Notes: generated by a model from the sequence alone, not told the origin. A stretch of DNA of 64,000 bases from Longimicrobiales bacterium (GCA_041690395.1 JAWLHJ010000001.1:192001-256000), one strand, 5' to 3'. Positions 18,501 to 27,979 are shown, counted from the first letter of the stretch. Program-made: numbers and translations.

Positions 18501-21500
18501 GAGGCCGCTCCCGCCAGACGCGCCCCTGACCCGCTGGAACCCGAGGCTCGCGTCGGCGCCGACGCCGTCCAGGCTGCCCGCCCCTTCGAAGCCAGCCCAG
18601 AGGCTGTCGGGACCCGTGTCGAAGCCGGCCGTAAGCGACGCGCTCTGCAGGGTGAGCGCATCGAAGGAGTCGAAGCCGTCGGGCAGGGCCCACTCGCCGG
18701 GCAAGAGCGAGCCGATCCGGTCGATCGCCTCGCCGGCCCCGACGCTCCCCACGTCGAGCGTCATCGCGCCGGAAACGCGGTCGTCGTCCGCGAGCCGGAG
18801 GAAGTCCAGGCGCGCGTCCGCGGCCAGCCCGCCGAGGCCTCCCGCCCCGGATACCGCAGCGAATACGCTGTCTGTGCGGGTGTCGAAGCCGAGCAGGAAC
18901 TCCGCACGGTCGAGCGACACGTCGTCGAACGCGTCGAATCCCTCCGGAAGGGCCCACTCTCCGGGCAGGAGCGCAGCCACCTGGTCGAGCGCCTCGGGCA
19001 TGGTGACCGATTCACGTCCGAGCGTGACGCTTCCCGCCACGTCCGAGCCGTCCCCGAGCCTCAGGAACGTCACGTCGGTCGTGGCCGTGAAGCCCGCGCC
19101 GGCATCTCCGAGCCTCCCCGAGCCGAGCGTGCGGGCGCTCAGGCTGTCCTGCCGCGTGTCGAAGCCGAGCGCCAGCTCCGCATCGTCCAGATAGAACCCG
19201 TCCAGCGCCGTGAACCCGTCCGGGAGCGACCAGTCTCCGGGCAGCAACGCTCGGACCTCGTCGAGCACCGAGGTCATGTCCAGGGCACGTACACCCAGTG
19301 TCACCCCGCCGCGAGCGAACGCCTCGTCTGCGGTCGACACCAGCGCCAGGTCGAGCGCGCCGTCCATGCGGCCCGTGCCCTCCCCGAGGTGGGCAGTGCC
19401 GCCCAGGTCGCTCGTGAACGTCGCGGTCCGCGAGTCGAACGCGACTCCGAGCGCGGCCGAGTCCAGCACCACCGGGTCGAGCCCCGAGACGGACTCGGGC
19501 AACGTCCACTCGGCCGCGAGCAGCTCCTCGGCCCGGGCGAGCGCCTCGGGGAGCGACGCGTCACGGAGGCCGACGGCCAGACGTCCCACGGCCCACTCGT
19601 CCGCCGGAGTCCGGACCAGCGTGAGCTCCGCGGAGGCCTGGGTCTCATCGGCCTCGCCCAGGGTTCCCGCGCCGCGAACGCTCGTCGACACGCTGTCGGT
19701 GCGCGAGTCGAAGCCGAGCGCGAGCGACGCCGAATCCAGGTGGAGCGGATCCATGGACGAGAGCGCGTCCGGGATCGCCCACTCGCCCGGGAGGGCCGCG
19801 GCCGCTTCCGCCAACGCCTGGCTCATCGGCACGTCGCGGAGTTCCAGTCCCAGCGTGCCCCGCGCCCACGGCGCCTCCGGTTCCACGAAGAAGCCCACGT
19901 CGACCGAAGCCTGGAGCGCACCGGCGTCTCCCTCGAAGCTCCCGGCACCCGAGAGCTCGCCGCTCGCGGTGGCCGTGCGGGTGTCCATGGCCACCCGGGC
20001 CCGGACGCTGTCGAGCGCCACCGTGCCGACCGCCTCGAGCTGCTCCGGGACCTCCCAGTCGTTCCGGACCGCGGCAGCCACCACGTCGATCACGTCGTCG
20101 GACACCAGGTCTCGCCCGGCGACGTCCATCTCCAGCGTCACCCAGGGATCCCCGGTGGGGCGCGGCGCCCCGAACTCGACCCGGGCCGAGCCCTCGAGTG
20201 ACGCCACCGCGTCCTGCTCGCCGAGCGCGACCCGGCCGCCGTATCCGCCCCACATGCTGTCGGCCACCACATGCAGATCGAACCAGGTCGAGCCCAGCGT
20301 CCCGAGCTCGAACGGGAGGTCGTCCGGAACCGTGAGCCCGGGCAGCATCGCCGAGAGCGCCACCATGGCCTCCCGGGCGTCGAGCCCGGCCGAGAATCCG
20401 CCCGTCAGGTGGAACGCCTCGGCGTCGCCGGTCGAGAACGCCACGCTCAGGCTGTCCAGCGTGAGCTCGCTCTCCGGCACGGCCAGCCCGGCGTCGAACG
20501 CGTCGTTCAGGAACAGGGCGACGTCACGGGTCGAGAGGTTCGCGGCCCGCGCTGTGAAATCGATGCGGCGATCCTCGGCTGGCCCGCGCACATTCAGGCC
20601 GAGCGCCGCGTCGACGTTCCCGATCGCGAGGGTCGAGCCGAGCGCCACGCGCGGCCCCACCGAGCCCGCGCCGACGGCCATGTGCACCGAGTCGAGCGTC
20701 AGCCACGTGAGGCCGAACGGCTGGCTCCAGGCGCCCTCCATGAGCCCCTCGAGCGCGGCGCCGCCCCCCTCCGCGTTGGTCACGTCGGCGGACAGGTGGA
20801 AGACCTTCGGCCCCTCCAGGTCGGCCTCGACGACGGTCTCGGCGATCATGCGGATCTCCGGGTCGCCCACCAGCCGGAGCGTGCGGCCCTCGACGCGGAA
20901 CCAGTCGGGCAGCCCGATGAGTCCGTCCGGGATCGGCGGCAGCACGATGTCGATGTCCAGATCGACCGGCTCGAACGGAAGCCCGTCCAGCAGGTCGCCG
21001 ATGGAGATGCCGGGGAAGCCGCGGATCCGCGCGTCGTCGTCCCCCGGAGCAGGCTCGGGGTCGGGCGGCGGCAGGGGACCGGGCTCCGGCGTGGGCTGGA
21101 AGTCGATCAGCGATCGGACCCAATCCGCCAGATCGGACAACGAGAACACGCCCGAGATGTCGATGTCCGGCCAGTCGATTCCGCCGGAGCCGGTCCCCGG
21201 CCCGTCCGGGTCGTCAGGGTCCTCCGGGTCGTCGGGCGGGAGCGGGGCCGGCGTGGGCTCCGGACACGCAGTCGGGTCGTCGAGGCAGGGATACGCCCAC
21301 GCCAGGAAGTCGCGAGCGCGACCGCTCAGGTCCGGCCAGTGGATGCTCCAGGCCGGGCCGTTCGGCGTGGGCCCGGGCGCAGGCTCGGGGTCCAACGGCT
21401 CCGGGTCGTCGTCTTCACCGCCACCACCGCCACCACCGCCACCGCCGGATCCGCCCTCCGGGAGCCCGAGGTCGTGGGTCCACGTCATCGCGAGGCCCGG

Positions 21501-23741
21501 GAACGGGACTCCGCCGAGCGGCGTGGGCTCGAGCGCCGGGATCATGTCGCTCAGGGCCCAGTCGGACAGCCTGACCGCGGCCAGTCCCCGGGCGAATGAG
21601 CTCGGGCCGCCGCCCGTCGGCACCAACGTGTACATGAACTCGGTCCCCGCCCCCGGGAAGGGCACGGTCGCCAAAGCCGTGAACATCGGCGGATCGCCGG
21701 AGCGGATCTCCAGCGAGAGATCCCGGAACGCCTCGAAGTCGGCCGGCACGCCGTCGCCGAACGGCGATCCCCCGAGCGCGCTCTCGGAGAACGACACGAA
21801 GTCCGCCAGCGCAAGCTCCTCCAGCGATGCGGTGAACGTCGCCTGCATGCCCTCGCCGCTCCCCTCGAGCACGCCTACCAGCTCGACGGTCCGCTCGCCC
21901 AGGGGCAGATCCCCGCGAAGGACCGCGCTCGACGCCTCACCCTCTTCCACGGCGGGCGTCAGCGTCAGCCGGACATCGTGCAGCGTGAGCCAGTCGATGC
22001 CGAACGGGCCCTCGAGCGGATCGGTCATGCGCCCCGTCAGCACGGCCGGCGCGTCCCCGTCCTCGCTCAGGTCGAGGGCGAAGGTGAACGGGAAGGTCCG
22101 TTCGCCCAACTGCGCCTCGGCGCCGAGCTCCACCCGCGCGAAGAGGTCGGGCTCGTTCGTGACCCGGAGGGCGTAGCTCTGCACCGATAGCCATTCGGGG
22201 GTGTCGGCGAGGCGGGCACCCCGGAGCGTCGCGGTCAGGTCGAGCTCCGGCGCCTCCCGCTCCTCGACCGGACCGAACAGCGTAGACGGGTCGAGGCCCA
22301 CCGTTCCGCTCAACTCCGCCTCGTCCACGTCGAGGCCCAGGTTCGCCAGTGGCTCCTGGAGCGCCGTGTCACGCAGGTCGAGGACGTGCGCGAGCGCCAC
22401 GCCCACCTCCAGCTCCACCACGGGCTCGCCGTAGAAGCGCTCCACCGACGCCGGCAGCGACGCCATGTCGAGCGTCCGCACCTGGTCCGCGATGGTCAGG
22501 ATCCCGCCCGACCAATCGATCTCGTCCAGCGGCGTGCCCTCGAGCCCCGCCACCCACTCGCCCAGGTCGAACACCAGCGGCTCCAGGGCGAGCGCGAACG
22601 ACCCCGGCCCGTCGCTCCCGTCCCACTGCCCCAGGAGCAGCACGTTCACGCTGCCGAGGGGCAGGCTCGCGGTCGCCGAGATCGCTACGGTCCGGCTCAC
22701 GTCGTCGACCTCCACCGACACGTTCGACAGCGCGAGGGCGTCGAACGCGCCCACGCCGCCGATCGGCAGCGGAATGGGGATCTCCTCGTCCGGGAGCTCC
22801 TCGAGCGCGTCGCGGATACTCGTGAAGTCCGCGGTACCCAGGTCGGCCAGCGGCCCGCCCACGCCCGGCCCCGGCGGCACGATCCGGCCGTGCAGGCTCG
22901 CCCCGACTTGTTCTCCCCCGTCGTCCTCCCCCTCGCCGTCGTGCGTGAAGGTCCAGATCTCGCTCCGCCCCTGGTTGGAGGAGACGGGCAGGCCGTTCGG
23001 GTCGAGTGCCTGCACCCACCACGCGTAGCGCCTGCCGTCCTCGAGCGGCAGCGCGCCCAGCGGATACGTCAGCGACGGGTTGAAGCCGACGGCGTCCTCG
23101 AAGTGGAGAATCCCGGAGGTGAGGGCCGTATGGGGCTCCTGACCGGGCAGGAGCTCCGCGAGCTGGAAGACGTAGCGGAGGTCGAACCCGACCGGGACCT
23201 GAACCGGCGTCCACTCGAAGATCGGGTCGCCGAGCTCCACCGTATCGCCATCCATCGGGAACAGCAGGTAGGGCGGATCGGGGAAGTAGGTCGAGAAGAA
23301 CTCGCACCGGTTGTCGACGAGCATGAAGCCCGCCCCGTCCGTGACCGAGACGCAGAGCGTGTAGTCGCCCTCCGGGAAGCGCCCCGTGCGGGCGATCTGG
23401 TCCTCGATCGCCGTGTCGTAGCTGCTCGTGCCCGTCAGCGCCGAGCCCGTGTGGAACGTCTCGGGGGCACCCGCCGCGATGAAGAGCGGATCACTCCGGG
23501 ACCGGATGACCTCGCGTCCCTGACCATCCGTGAGACTCAGGCGCACGGTGACGTCGGCGTCCTGGCCCGTGCCGTTGGTCACCGTCAGCGTCGCCATCGT
23601 CGGGTTCATCTCCCAATCGCTCAGATAGGGAGAAGGGAACGGATCGACGAAGAACGTGGCGTCCCACCCCGGCGCCTGCGCACGGGCCGCCATGGGCGCC
23701 AACAGGCACCCGACGGTAAGGAGGATGGTGGGTCGCGTCAC
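15576..23741 (-). CDS. Giant secreted protein (~2,720 aa): TANFOR-like/Ig N-terminus, long beta-rich repeat region, basic helical C-terminus
   Basis: GTG 23741 with GAGGAAG SD. Signal peptide (ARA-Q). N-terminal PSPYLSDW...PEGDYTLCV...PP.LL.P...FEWTP...YAWWVQA...GRSEIWTF. Continuous ORF with GC-type codon usage. Confidence 0.8.
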   Translation of the reverse strand: MTRPTILLTVGCLLAPMAARAQAPGWDATFFVDPFPSPYLSDWEMNPTMATLTVTNGTGQDADVTVRLSLTDGQGREVIRSRSDPLFIAAGAPETFHTGSALTGTSSYDTAIEDQIARTGRFPEGDYTLCVSVTDGAGFMLVDNRCEFFSTYFPDPPYLLFPMDGDTVELGDPIFEWTPVQVPVGFDLRYVFQLAELLPGQEPHTALTSGILHFEDAVGFNPSLTYPLGALPLEDGRRYAWWVQALDPNGLPVSSNQGRSEIWTFTHDGEGEDDGGEQVGASLHGRIVPPGPGVGGPLADLGTADFTSIRDALEELPDEEIPIPLPIGGVGAFDALALSNVSVEVDDVSRTVAISATASLPLGSVNVLLLGQWDGSDGPGSFALALEPLVFDLGEWVAGLEGTPLDEIDWSGGILTIADQVRTLDMASLPASVERFYGEPVVELEVGVALAHVLDLRDTALQEPLANLGLDVDEAELSGTVGLDPSTLFGPVEEREAPELDLTATLRGARLADTPEWLSVQSYALRVTNEPDLFARVELGAEAQLGERTFPFTFALDLSEDGDAPAVLTGRMTDPLEGPFGIDWLTLHDVRLTLTPAVEEGEASSAVLRGDLPLGERTVELVGVLEGSGEGMQATFTASLEELALADFVSFSESALGGSPFGDGVPADFEAFRDLSLEIRSGDPPMFTALATVPFPGAGTEFMYTLVPTGGGPSSFARGLAAVRLSDWALSDMIPALEPTPLGGVPFPGLAMTWTHDLGLPEGGSGGGGGGGGGGEDDDPEPLDPEPAPGPTPNGPAWSIHWPDLSGRARDFLAWAYPCLDDPTACPEPTPAPLPPDDPEDPDDPDGPGTGSGGIDWPDIDISGVFSLSDLADWVRSLIDFQPTPEPGPLPPPDPEPAPGDDDARIRGFPGISIGDLLDGLPFEPVDLDIDIVLPPIPDGLIGLPDWFRVEGRTLRLVGDPEIRMIAETVVEADLEGPKVFHLSADVTNAEGGGAALEGLMEGAWSQPFGLTWLTLDSVHMAVGAGSVGPRVALGSTLAIGNVDAALGLNVRGPAEDRRIDFTARAANLSTRDVALFLNDAFDAGLAVPESELTLDSLSVAFSTGDAEAFHLTGGFSAGLDAREAMVALSAMLPGLTVPDDLPFELGTLGSTWFDLHVVADSMWGGYGGRVALGEQDAVASLEGSARVEFGAPRPTGDPWVTLEMDVAGRDLVSDDVIDVVAAAVRNDWEVPEQLEAVGTVALDSVRARVAMDTRTATASGELSGAGSFEGDAGALQASVDVGFFVEPEAPWARGTLGLELRDVPMSQALAEAAAALPGEWAIPDALSSMDPLHLDSASLALGFDSRTDSVSTSVRGAGTLGEADETQASAELTLVRTPADEWAVGRLAVGLRDASLPEALARAEELLAAEWTLPESVSGLDPVVLDSAALGVAFDSRTATFTSDLGGTAHLGEGTGRMDGALDLALVSTADEAFARGGVTLGVRALDMTSVLDEVRALLPGDWSLPDGFTALDGFYLDDAELALGFDTRQDSLSARTLGSGRLGDAGAGFTATTDVTFLRLGDGSDVAGSVTLGRESVTMPEALDQVAALLPGEWALPEGFDAFDDVSLDRAEFLLGFDTRTDSVFAAVSGAGGLGGLAADARLDFLRLADDDRVSGAMTLDVGSVGAGEAIDRIGSLLPGEWALPDGFDSFDALTLQSASLTAGFDTGPDSLWAGFEGAGSLDGVGADASLGFQRVRGASGGSGLVTLALGDVSLGDAFGRATSLLPGSWPVPEVDFPIGDLRDVQLQLGFDTPADSVWVGVDAGAVLAERDGRATLRALSVGGLSGTPRSWAEGTFRVDVGTVTLSEALELAASLAPGSVQVPELDFDLGGIQEATLEAGFRTGDAARTWAGISGGFQMGARTAQAEVEVSLGSSTPEGRFRAAFDGGFGATDVVELMSGFMPGGAVELPPLGPLDVRLDRPTLTVRFGERPGVSFTGATTLFDKAGDALFSFSRIDGQPQLVLGVQVPDLSFGDLVPEFQDPITDQLNLSLAALTITRGQGTVSSDDLTEEERAFYFPLFGGSRGGRGSGDSEGSGPGGGATGGGGGFGGLGSFDVTLTPGLNLTGLVPLDGAGALKDMVDMLAPGGSDLTLTGNLPLPGFGGGGIRDLSLRAALPPMAPPGSPAWFVEGEVALQISGRPSVGLAGAMTLDVDGDTLTFDIESNVAVVPAGVELSIAGGLAAANPWVGPLGIDWLTLNEIRLAMGLNPVNVRLGFLGDAVIGSQDIRMALGTRLNLYTGVPMGALVLGETDEGLTLSDLQDFAQRVAGEGAEPLPITALPNMALRDLGVRVATYTDFDLGIEAGIGLRGAFLMQTGQGGELSEFGRIDLSVDREGIAGLADIGAWAIGLVAFDDALLDLALTREAQHLIIEGGATIDDAISGDVALSMTRDSLGFTTDFDLFDQFRAHLDARAGFALTSPSFQVRAALYPDFTDAVTYDVAGRLIPVGQQSLQTASVSLDAARQSLDAAEASLDAAVWLASEASRQAMNAAYTLYVTADNNFRVADSRYRYYAARCSWRSPGYCTARNYWRNVRAARLAQRTIRWSAYSAARTVYENREYLEDNPAVAQARTSLDDARLAFNTLQAEVDRYRVLIDDLADWMDAYESCPSCARPPMPVQVVSAEAAAALNGFFGRSSVDLTVGYRVFGDRRTLQAGFGGSISDLSQAVFQAVSDALF
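18150..20350 (-). repeat. Degenerate protein-level tandem repeats of 88-92 aa (LPGEWxLP...LxFDTRTDS)
   Basis: Trp codons of the motif at 18426, 18690, 18954, 19230, 19506, 19779 and 20055 (spacing 264-276 bp). Confidence 0.85.
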
Positions 23742-23938
23742 GGGGGGTCTTCCTCGGATGAAGTCGCGCGGGAAGCGACCTGGCTCGGCCAGTCCGCACC
23801 CGCTCTCATACTCCAAGGCGCAAAACGGGGAAGAATCTTGCACGCGGCGCCCCCCGACGTCGCGTGCGCCTACATTTCAACTAATAAGCGCTGCCCGTGG
23901 GTCAGTGCCAGCATTCTTTTCGTCGAGGAGGACGTGGC

Positions 23939-24658
23939 GTGGACGACGAGCGGAGGTTCGACGGAGACGAGATCGAGGCGATCCTCGACCGGGCGGTGAG
24001 CGCGAGGGAGGAGTCCGCCGCGGCGCGCCTCCCGCACGAGGGGCTGACTCTCGCCGAGCTGAAGGACGTGGGGCGCGAGGTCGGCATCCCCGCCGAGCGC
24101 ATCGAGGAAGCCGCCCGGGCGCTCGAGCGGCCGGGTCGTGTGGACCGCACGCTGGGCCTTCCGTTGTCGGTCGGCCGCACGGTGGCGCTCCAGCGCGCGC
24201 CGACCGAAGCGGAGTGGGACCATCTCGTGGCCGACCTGCGCGCCACCTTCGGCGCCACCGGGAAGGTGCACCGGGACGGTGGCCTGCGCGGCTGGACCAA
24301 CGGCAACCTGCATGCCTGGATCGAGCCGCACGGCTCGGCCTATCTCCTCCGCATGGGCACGAGCAAGGGGACCGCCCGTCAGCTCGGCGCGGTCGGGGCC
24401 GGAATGCTCGGCATGTCGGGCATCCTCGGCACGCTCACCGCCGTGGGCGCCGACGTGCCGCTCGCCGGCGCCGGGGCGCTCCTGGCCATGGGCGTCGGCA
24501 CGCTGGTGGCCGCGCTCGGTGGTGTGCCGGCGTGGGCGCGCACCCGGCTCGAGCAGATGGACGGGGTGGCGCGGCGACTCGCGACCGGCATGGCGTCTTC
24601 GGAGCCCCCGTCGGACGACCCCGCGGTGGGCGACCCCGGGGGAGACGACCCAGCGTGA
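23939..24658 (+). CDS. Hypothetical membrane protein
   Basis: GAGGAGG SD before GTG. N-terminal ERRF..DEI.AIL.RA...GLTLAEL..VGREVGIP. Two C-terminal TM helices. Confidence 0.75.
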   Translation: MDDERRFDGDEIEAILDRAVSAREESAAARLPHEGLTLAELKDVGREVGIPAERIEEAARALERPGRVDRTLGLPLSVGRTVALQRAPTEAEWDHLVADLRATFGATGKVHRDGGLRGWTNGNLHAWIEPHGSAYLLRMGTSKGTARQLGAVGAGMLGMSGILGTLTAVGADVPLAGAGALLAMGVGTLVAALGGVPAWARTRLEQMDGVARRLATGMASSEPPSDDPAVGDPGGDDPA

Positions 24659-24676
24659 CGACGTGCCGGGAGACCG

Positions 24677-25303
24677 TCAGGGAGTGAGCGCGTCGGCCAG
24701 CTGCGCGTCGAACCCGTGGCGAAGGTTGACCTCGCGCACCCGCGCGTCGTCGAGCACGGTCGCGTAGATCCACGTGTAGTGCCGGTTGGACGCGAGGAGT
24801 TCGCGCGCGGCGTCGTCTCCGATGAGGCTCGACACGGCCTGGAGCTCCAGGTCACATACGATCAGGTGCAGGTAGGTCGAGCGCTCGTCCCTTGCCCCGC
24901 GCCCGTTCCCGACCGGGACCTCCGGGAAGATCGCGCGGAAGTCGGCGATGGCCGCCTCCACCGCGTCCTGCCGCTCCACCGCCCACCAGTGGAACTGCTC
25001 GTGCAGGTACGTCGCCAGCAGACTGGCGTCGTCCCCTACGTACCGGGTATGAAGCGTGAGCACCGGATGGCTGTGAGGGATCTCGGTCTGGTCGATGTGG
25101 ATGCGCCGCGTCCAGGTCCAGCGCCAGGCGTCGTGCGCGTCGACGACCGTCCGGAGCTGCTCGACAGTGGCGCGCTCCGTCGGGCTATCGTGCTCGACCG
25201 TGATGTCGAGGTGGCGCGTCGGAACGGCGTCCTGAGCCTCGAGGACGGCCGGGGCCAGGACGAGCAGGGCGCCCAGCAAGACGCAGGGACCAGCCGTATT
25301 CAT
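24677..25303 (-). CDS. Hypothetical secreted protein with HExxH-like motif
   Basis: GGAG SD. Signal peptide. IPHSHPVLTL and YLHEQFHW. Confidence 0.72.
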   Translation of the reverse strand: MNTAGPCVLLGALLVLAPAVLEAQDAVPTRHLDITVEHDSPTERATVEQLRTVVDAHDAWRWTWTRRIHIDQTEIPHSHPVLTLHTRYVGDDASLLATYLHEQFHWWAVERQDAVEAAIADFRAIFPEVPVGNGRGARDERSTYLHLIVCDLELQAVSSLIGDDAARELLASNRHYTWIYATVLDDARVREVNLRHGFDAQLADALTP

Positions 25304-25324
25304 GGCGTTCTCCAGTGCGTGGGT

Positions 25325-26275
25325 TCACGTCGTACCGCCGGATTCTGAGGGCTCGGCGCCATGCGCGATTGTACGAATCGGCATGGAGGCGCCCGGAGGG
25401 CGCTCCGGCGCGAACCGGCGACGAAACGTTTCCGGCGTCTCGCCTAGCAGGTCGCGGCAGTCGCGGATCAGGTGAGAGTGGTCGGCGTATCCGAACCGAT
25501 AGGCGACACGCGACCATCCCTCGGGCCCGTGCAGCCCCTCGAGGAGCGCGGCCTGTAGCCGCCGGATGCGCAGGACGGTGGACGGAGGCAGGCCGACGCC
25601 GTCCTGGAACGCTTGCCTGAGCGTCCGGGGGGACACACCCAGCTCCCGACAGAGCACCCCGAGCGGGACCGACGCGGAAGAGCCCTGGCTCCTGGGGTCC
25701 GGTAAGGCGCGGATCCGCCAATCGGGTGAAGCCGTACCGGCAGGGTTCGGTGCACGCCGGCCCGCCCGAGCCGTGGGCGCACCACGGGTTGTCCCCAGGG
25801 CCTCGTCGACGCCCAGCCGCCAGCCCATCCAGGCGAAGAGGGTTTCGACTCCATGGGCGCTCGCCGTCCGTTCCAGGAGCTCCGAGGCCGGGGGGCCCGC
25901 TCGGGCGATCTTCGCGGGAGCCCGAGGAAGGAGCTCGAGCGGCACGCTCCGGTCGGTGACTTCGTGGGCGGCGATCCCGAAGAGCGAGGGCAGGGCCCCC
26001 GGGCGGAGCCTCACCGCGATCGTGATCCGGCGGTGGGATCGGTCCAGCACGATGGCCCGGGAGCGGGCCCCAACGAGCGCGATCCGGTGCGAGAGCCCTC
26101 CGACCCCTTCGGTCTCGGAATAGATCAGGTGTGGCGAATCGTCCGCGACGACCATCCAGGACGGCCCACGGACCCGGTCGACCCAACCCTCCACCACCCA
26201 CGGTGCGAGCGCGGGCGGAGGGGGAACGCGCACACCGTCCCTGAGGGCTCGGCCCGCCTGATCGAGGGCGATCAA
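25325..26275 (-). CDS. AraC-family regulator (DUF6597-like N-terminus); start uncertain
   Basis: PPPALAPWV..W N-terminus. C-terminal HTH LGVSPRTLR..F...VG and GYADHSHLIRD. Confidence 0.8.
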   Translation of the reverse strand: MIALDQAGRALRDGVRVPPPPALAPWVVEGWVDRVRGPSWMVVADDSPHLIYSETEGVGGLSHRIALVGARSRAIVLDRSHRRITIAVRLRPGALPSLFGIAAHEVTDRSVPLELLPRAPAKIARAGPPASELLERTASAHGVETLFAWMGWRLGVDEALGTTRGAPTARAGRRAPNPAGTASPDWRIRALPDPRSQGSSASVPLGVLCRELGVSPRTLRQAFQDGVGLPPSTVLRIRRLQAALLEGLHGPEGWSRVAYRFGYADHSHLIRDCRDLLGETPETFRRRFAPERPPGASMPIRTIAHGAEPSESGGTT

Positions 26276-26408
26276 ACCTCGTGCTCCCGAACACCTGCCA
26301 TACCTACCCCCTCCCCGCGATCCTCACCACCACCCGAATGTCCAGCCTACGGGATCCCCCCGCCCCGGGCCACCGCCGACGCCGCCCGCCCCCTGCGTCC
26401 GGCGCCCC

Positions 26409-27893
26409 TCACCCCACGAGGAAGATCGGAATCAGCAGGCTACCCAGCAGCGAGATGACGATCACGCCGAGCAAGTTGAGGAACAGCCCGGCCTTCGCCA
26501 TCTGGGGGATGGTGATGTAGCCCGACGCGAACACGATGGCGTTCGGGGGCGTCGCCACGGGCAGCATGAACGCCATCGCCGCGGCGAGGGCGGCGGCGGA
26601 CATGAGCAGCAACGGCTCGATGCCGAGACCCACGGCCGCTCCCGCCATGATGGGCATGGCCATGGTCGACGTCGCGGTGTTCGACGTCATCTCCGTCAGG
26701 AAGATCACGATCAACGCAGTGAACGCGATCAGCACGAGCACCGGCACCGTCTCGAGCGCGCCGACCGCTCCGCCGATCCAGGTAGCCAACCCCGACTGGT
26801 CCATCGCACGCGCCAGAGACAAGCCGCCGCCGAACAGCACCAACACGCCCCATGGGATCTTGCGCGCCGTGGCCCAATCGAGCGCGAACTGACCCTTGCT
26901 CCAGCTCACCGGGAGCATGAACAACAGCAACGCCGCACCCATGGCGATGGTCGAGTCGGTCACGTAAGGCGTGAGGTTCTCGAGTCCGGGCACCGTCACG
27001 CTCCCGAACGTCTTCTCACCGCGAAGCACCCAGGCCGCCGCCGTGAGCACGAACACCACCGACGTCACCCGCTCGCCCGAGCTCATGCGCCCGAGCCCCT
27101 TCCGCTCGTTCTCGATGATCGCGTCGGCATCCCCGGAGAGCTTGCCCGGCTTGTAGAGGACGCGGGTCAGCAGCAGCCAGGTCAGCGGCAGCATGACCAC
27201 GACCACGGGCACGCCCACCCCCATCCACTGCACGAACCCGATCTGCACATCGAGCATCTCGCTGGCGGCACCGGCCAGCACCGCGTTCGGCGGCGTCCCG
27301 ATCAACGTAGCGCTACCTCCGATCGAAGCCGCGTACGCGATCCCCAGCATGAGGCTGATCCCGAACTCGTAGGGTCCCTCCTGGTCCTGCGGTCGGAACA
27401 TCTCCCCCACCGCGATCCCGATGGGAAGCATCATGGCCGCCGTCGCCGTATTGCTGATCCACATGGAGAGGAACGCAGTCGCGAGCATGAAGCCGAGCAC
27501 GAGCTGATGCGGCCCCGTGCCCACGCGCGCCAGGATCCCGAGCGCGATCCGCCGGTGCAGGCCCCACCGCTCCATGGTCACGGCGATGAAGAAGCCACCC
27601 ATGAACAGGAAGATCAGGTCGTTCGCGTACGGCGCCGACGCAGCCGGCGCGTCCAACACGCCGAGCGTCGGGAAGAGCACCAGCGGCAGGATGGCCGTAG
27701 CCGGAATCGGGATCGCCTCCGTCATCCACCAGACCGCCATGAGGAAGGCCACCGCCGCGGTCCGCCAACCCTCGACCGAAAGGGCTTCCGGTCCCGGAAT
27801 GAAGAGCAGCAAGGCGAAGCCCGCGGCTCCGCCCAGGAGTCCTAGGCGTTGCGCGATACCGTACTTGTCGTCCTTCTCGGCCTGGTCTTCCAA
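26409..27893 (-). CDS. DASS/SLC13 sodium:dicarboxylate/sulfate symporter
   Basis: WWMTEAIP, SMWISNTAT, IGTPPN, TEMTSNTA, LPVATPPNA. TTG start with GGAG SD. Confidence 0.92.
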   Translation of the reverse strand: MEDQAEKDDKYGIAQRLGLLGGAAGFALLLFIPGPEALSVEGWRTAAVAFLMAVWWMTEAIPIPATAILPLVLFPTLGVLDAPAASAPYANDLIFLFMGGFFIAVTMERWGLHRRIALGILARVGTGPHQLVLGFMLATAFLSMWISNTATAAMMLPIGIAVGEMFRPQDQEGPYEFGISLMLGIAYAASIGGSATLIGTPPNAVLAGAASEMLDVQIGFVQWMGVGVPVVVVMLPLTWLLLTRVLYKPGKLSGDADAIIENERKGLGRMSSGERVTSVVFVLTAAAWVLRGEKTFGSVTVPGLENLTPYVTDSTIAMGAALLLFMLPVSWSKGQFALDWATARKIPWGVLVLFGGGLSLARAMDQSGLATWIGGAVGALETVPVLVLIAFTALIVIFLTEMTSNTATSTMAMPIMAGAAVGLGIEPLLLMSAAALAAAMAFMLPVATPPNAIVFASGYITIPQMAKAGLFLNLLGVIVISLLGSLLIPIFLVG

Positions 27894-27979
27894 CGGGGTG
27901 GCTCCAACAGGTGGGTTCAGGGCACGGCGAGCGCAGCAGTCTGAGTGAAGAAACGCCGCGCTGCAAGCGTAACGTTCGC

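Noticed and set aside
15576..23741. Giant protein as an RHS/YD toxin, RTX protein, autotransporter or tape measure
   Set aside because: No YD repeats, GGxGxD nonapeptides, C-terminal autotransporter barrel, or phage/eCIS structural neighbours are visible.
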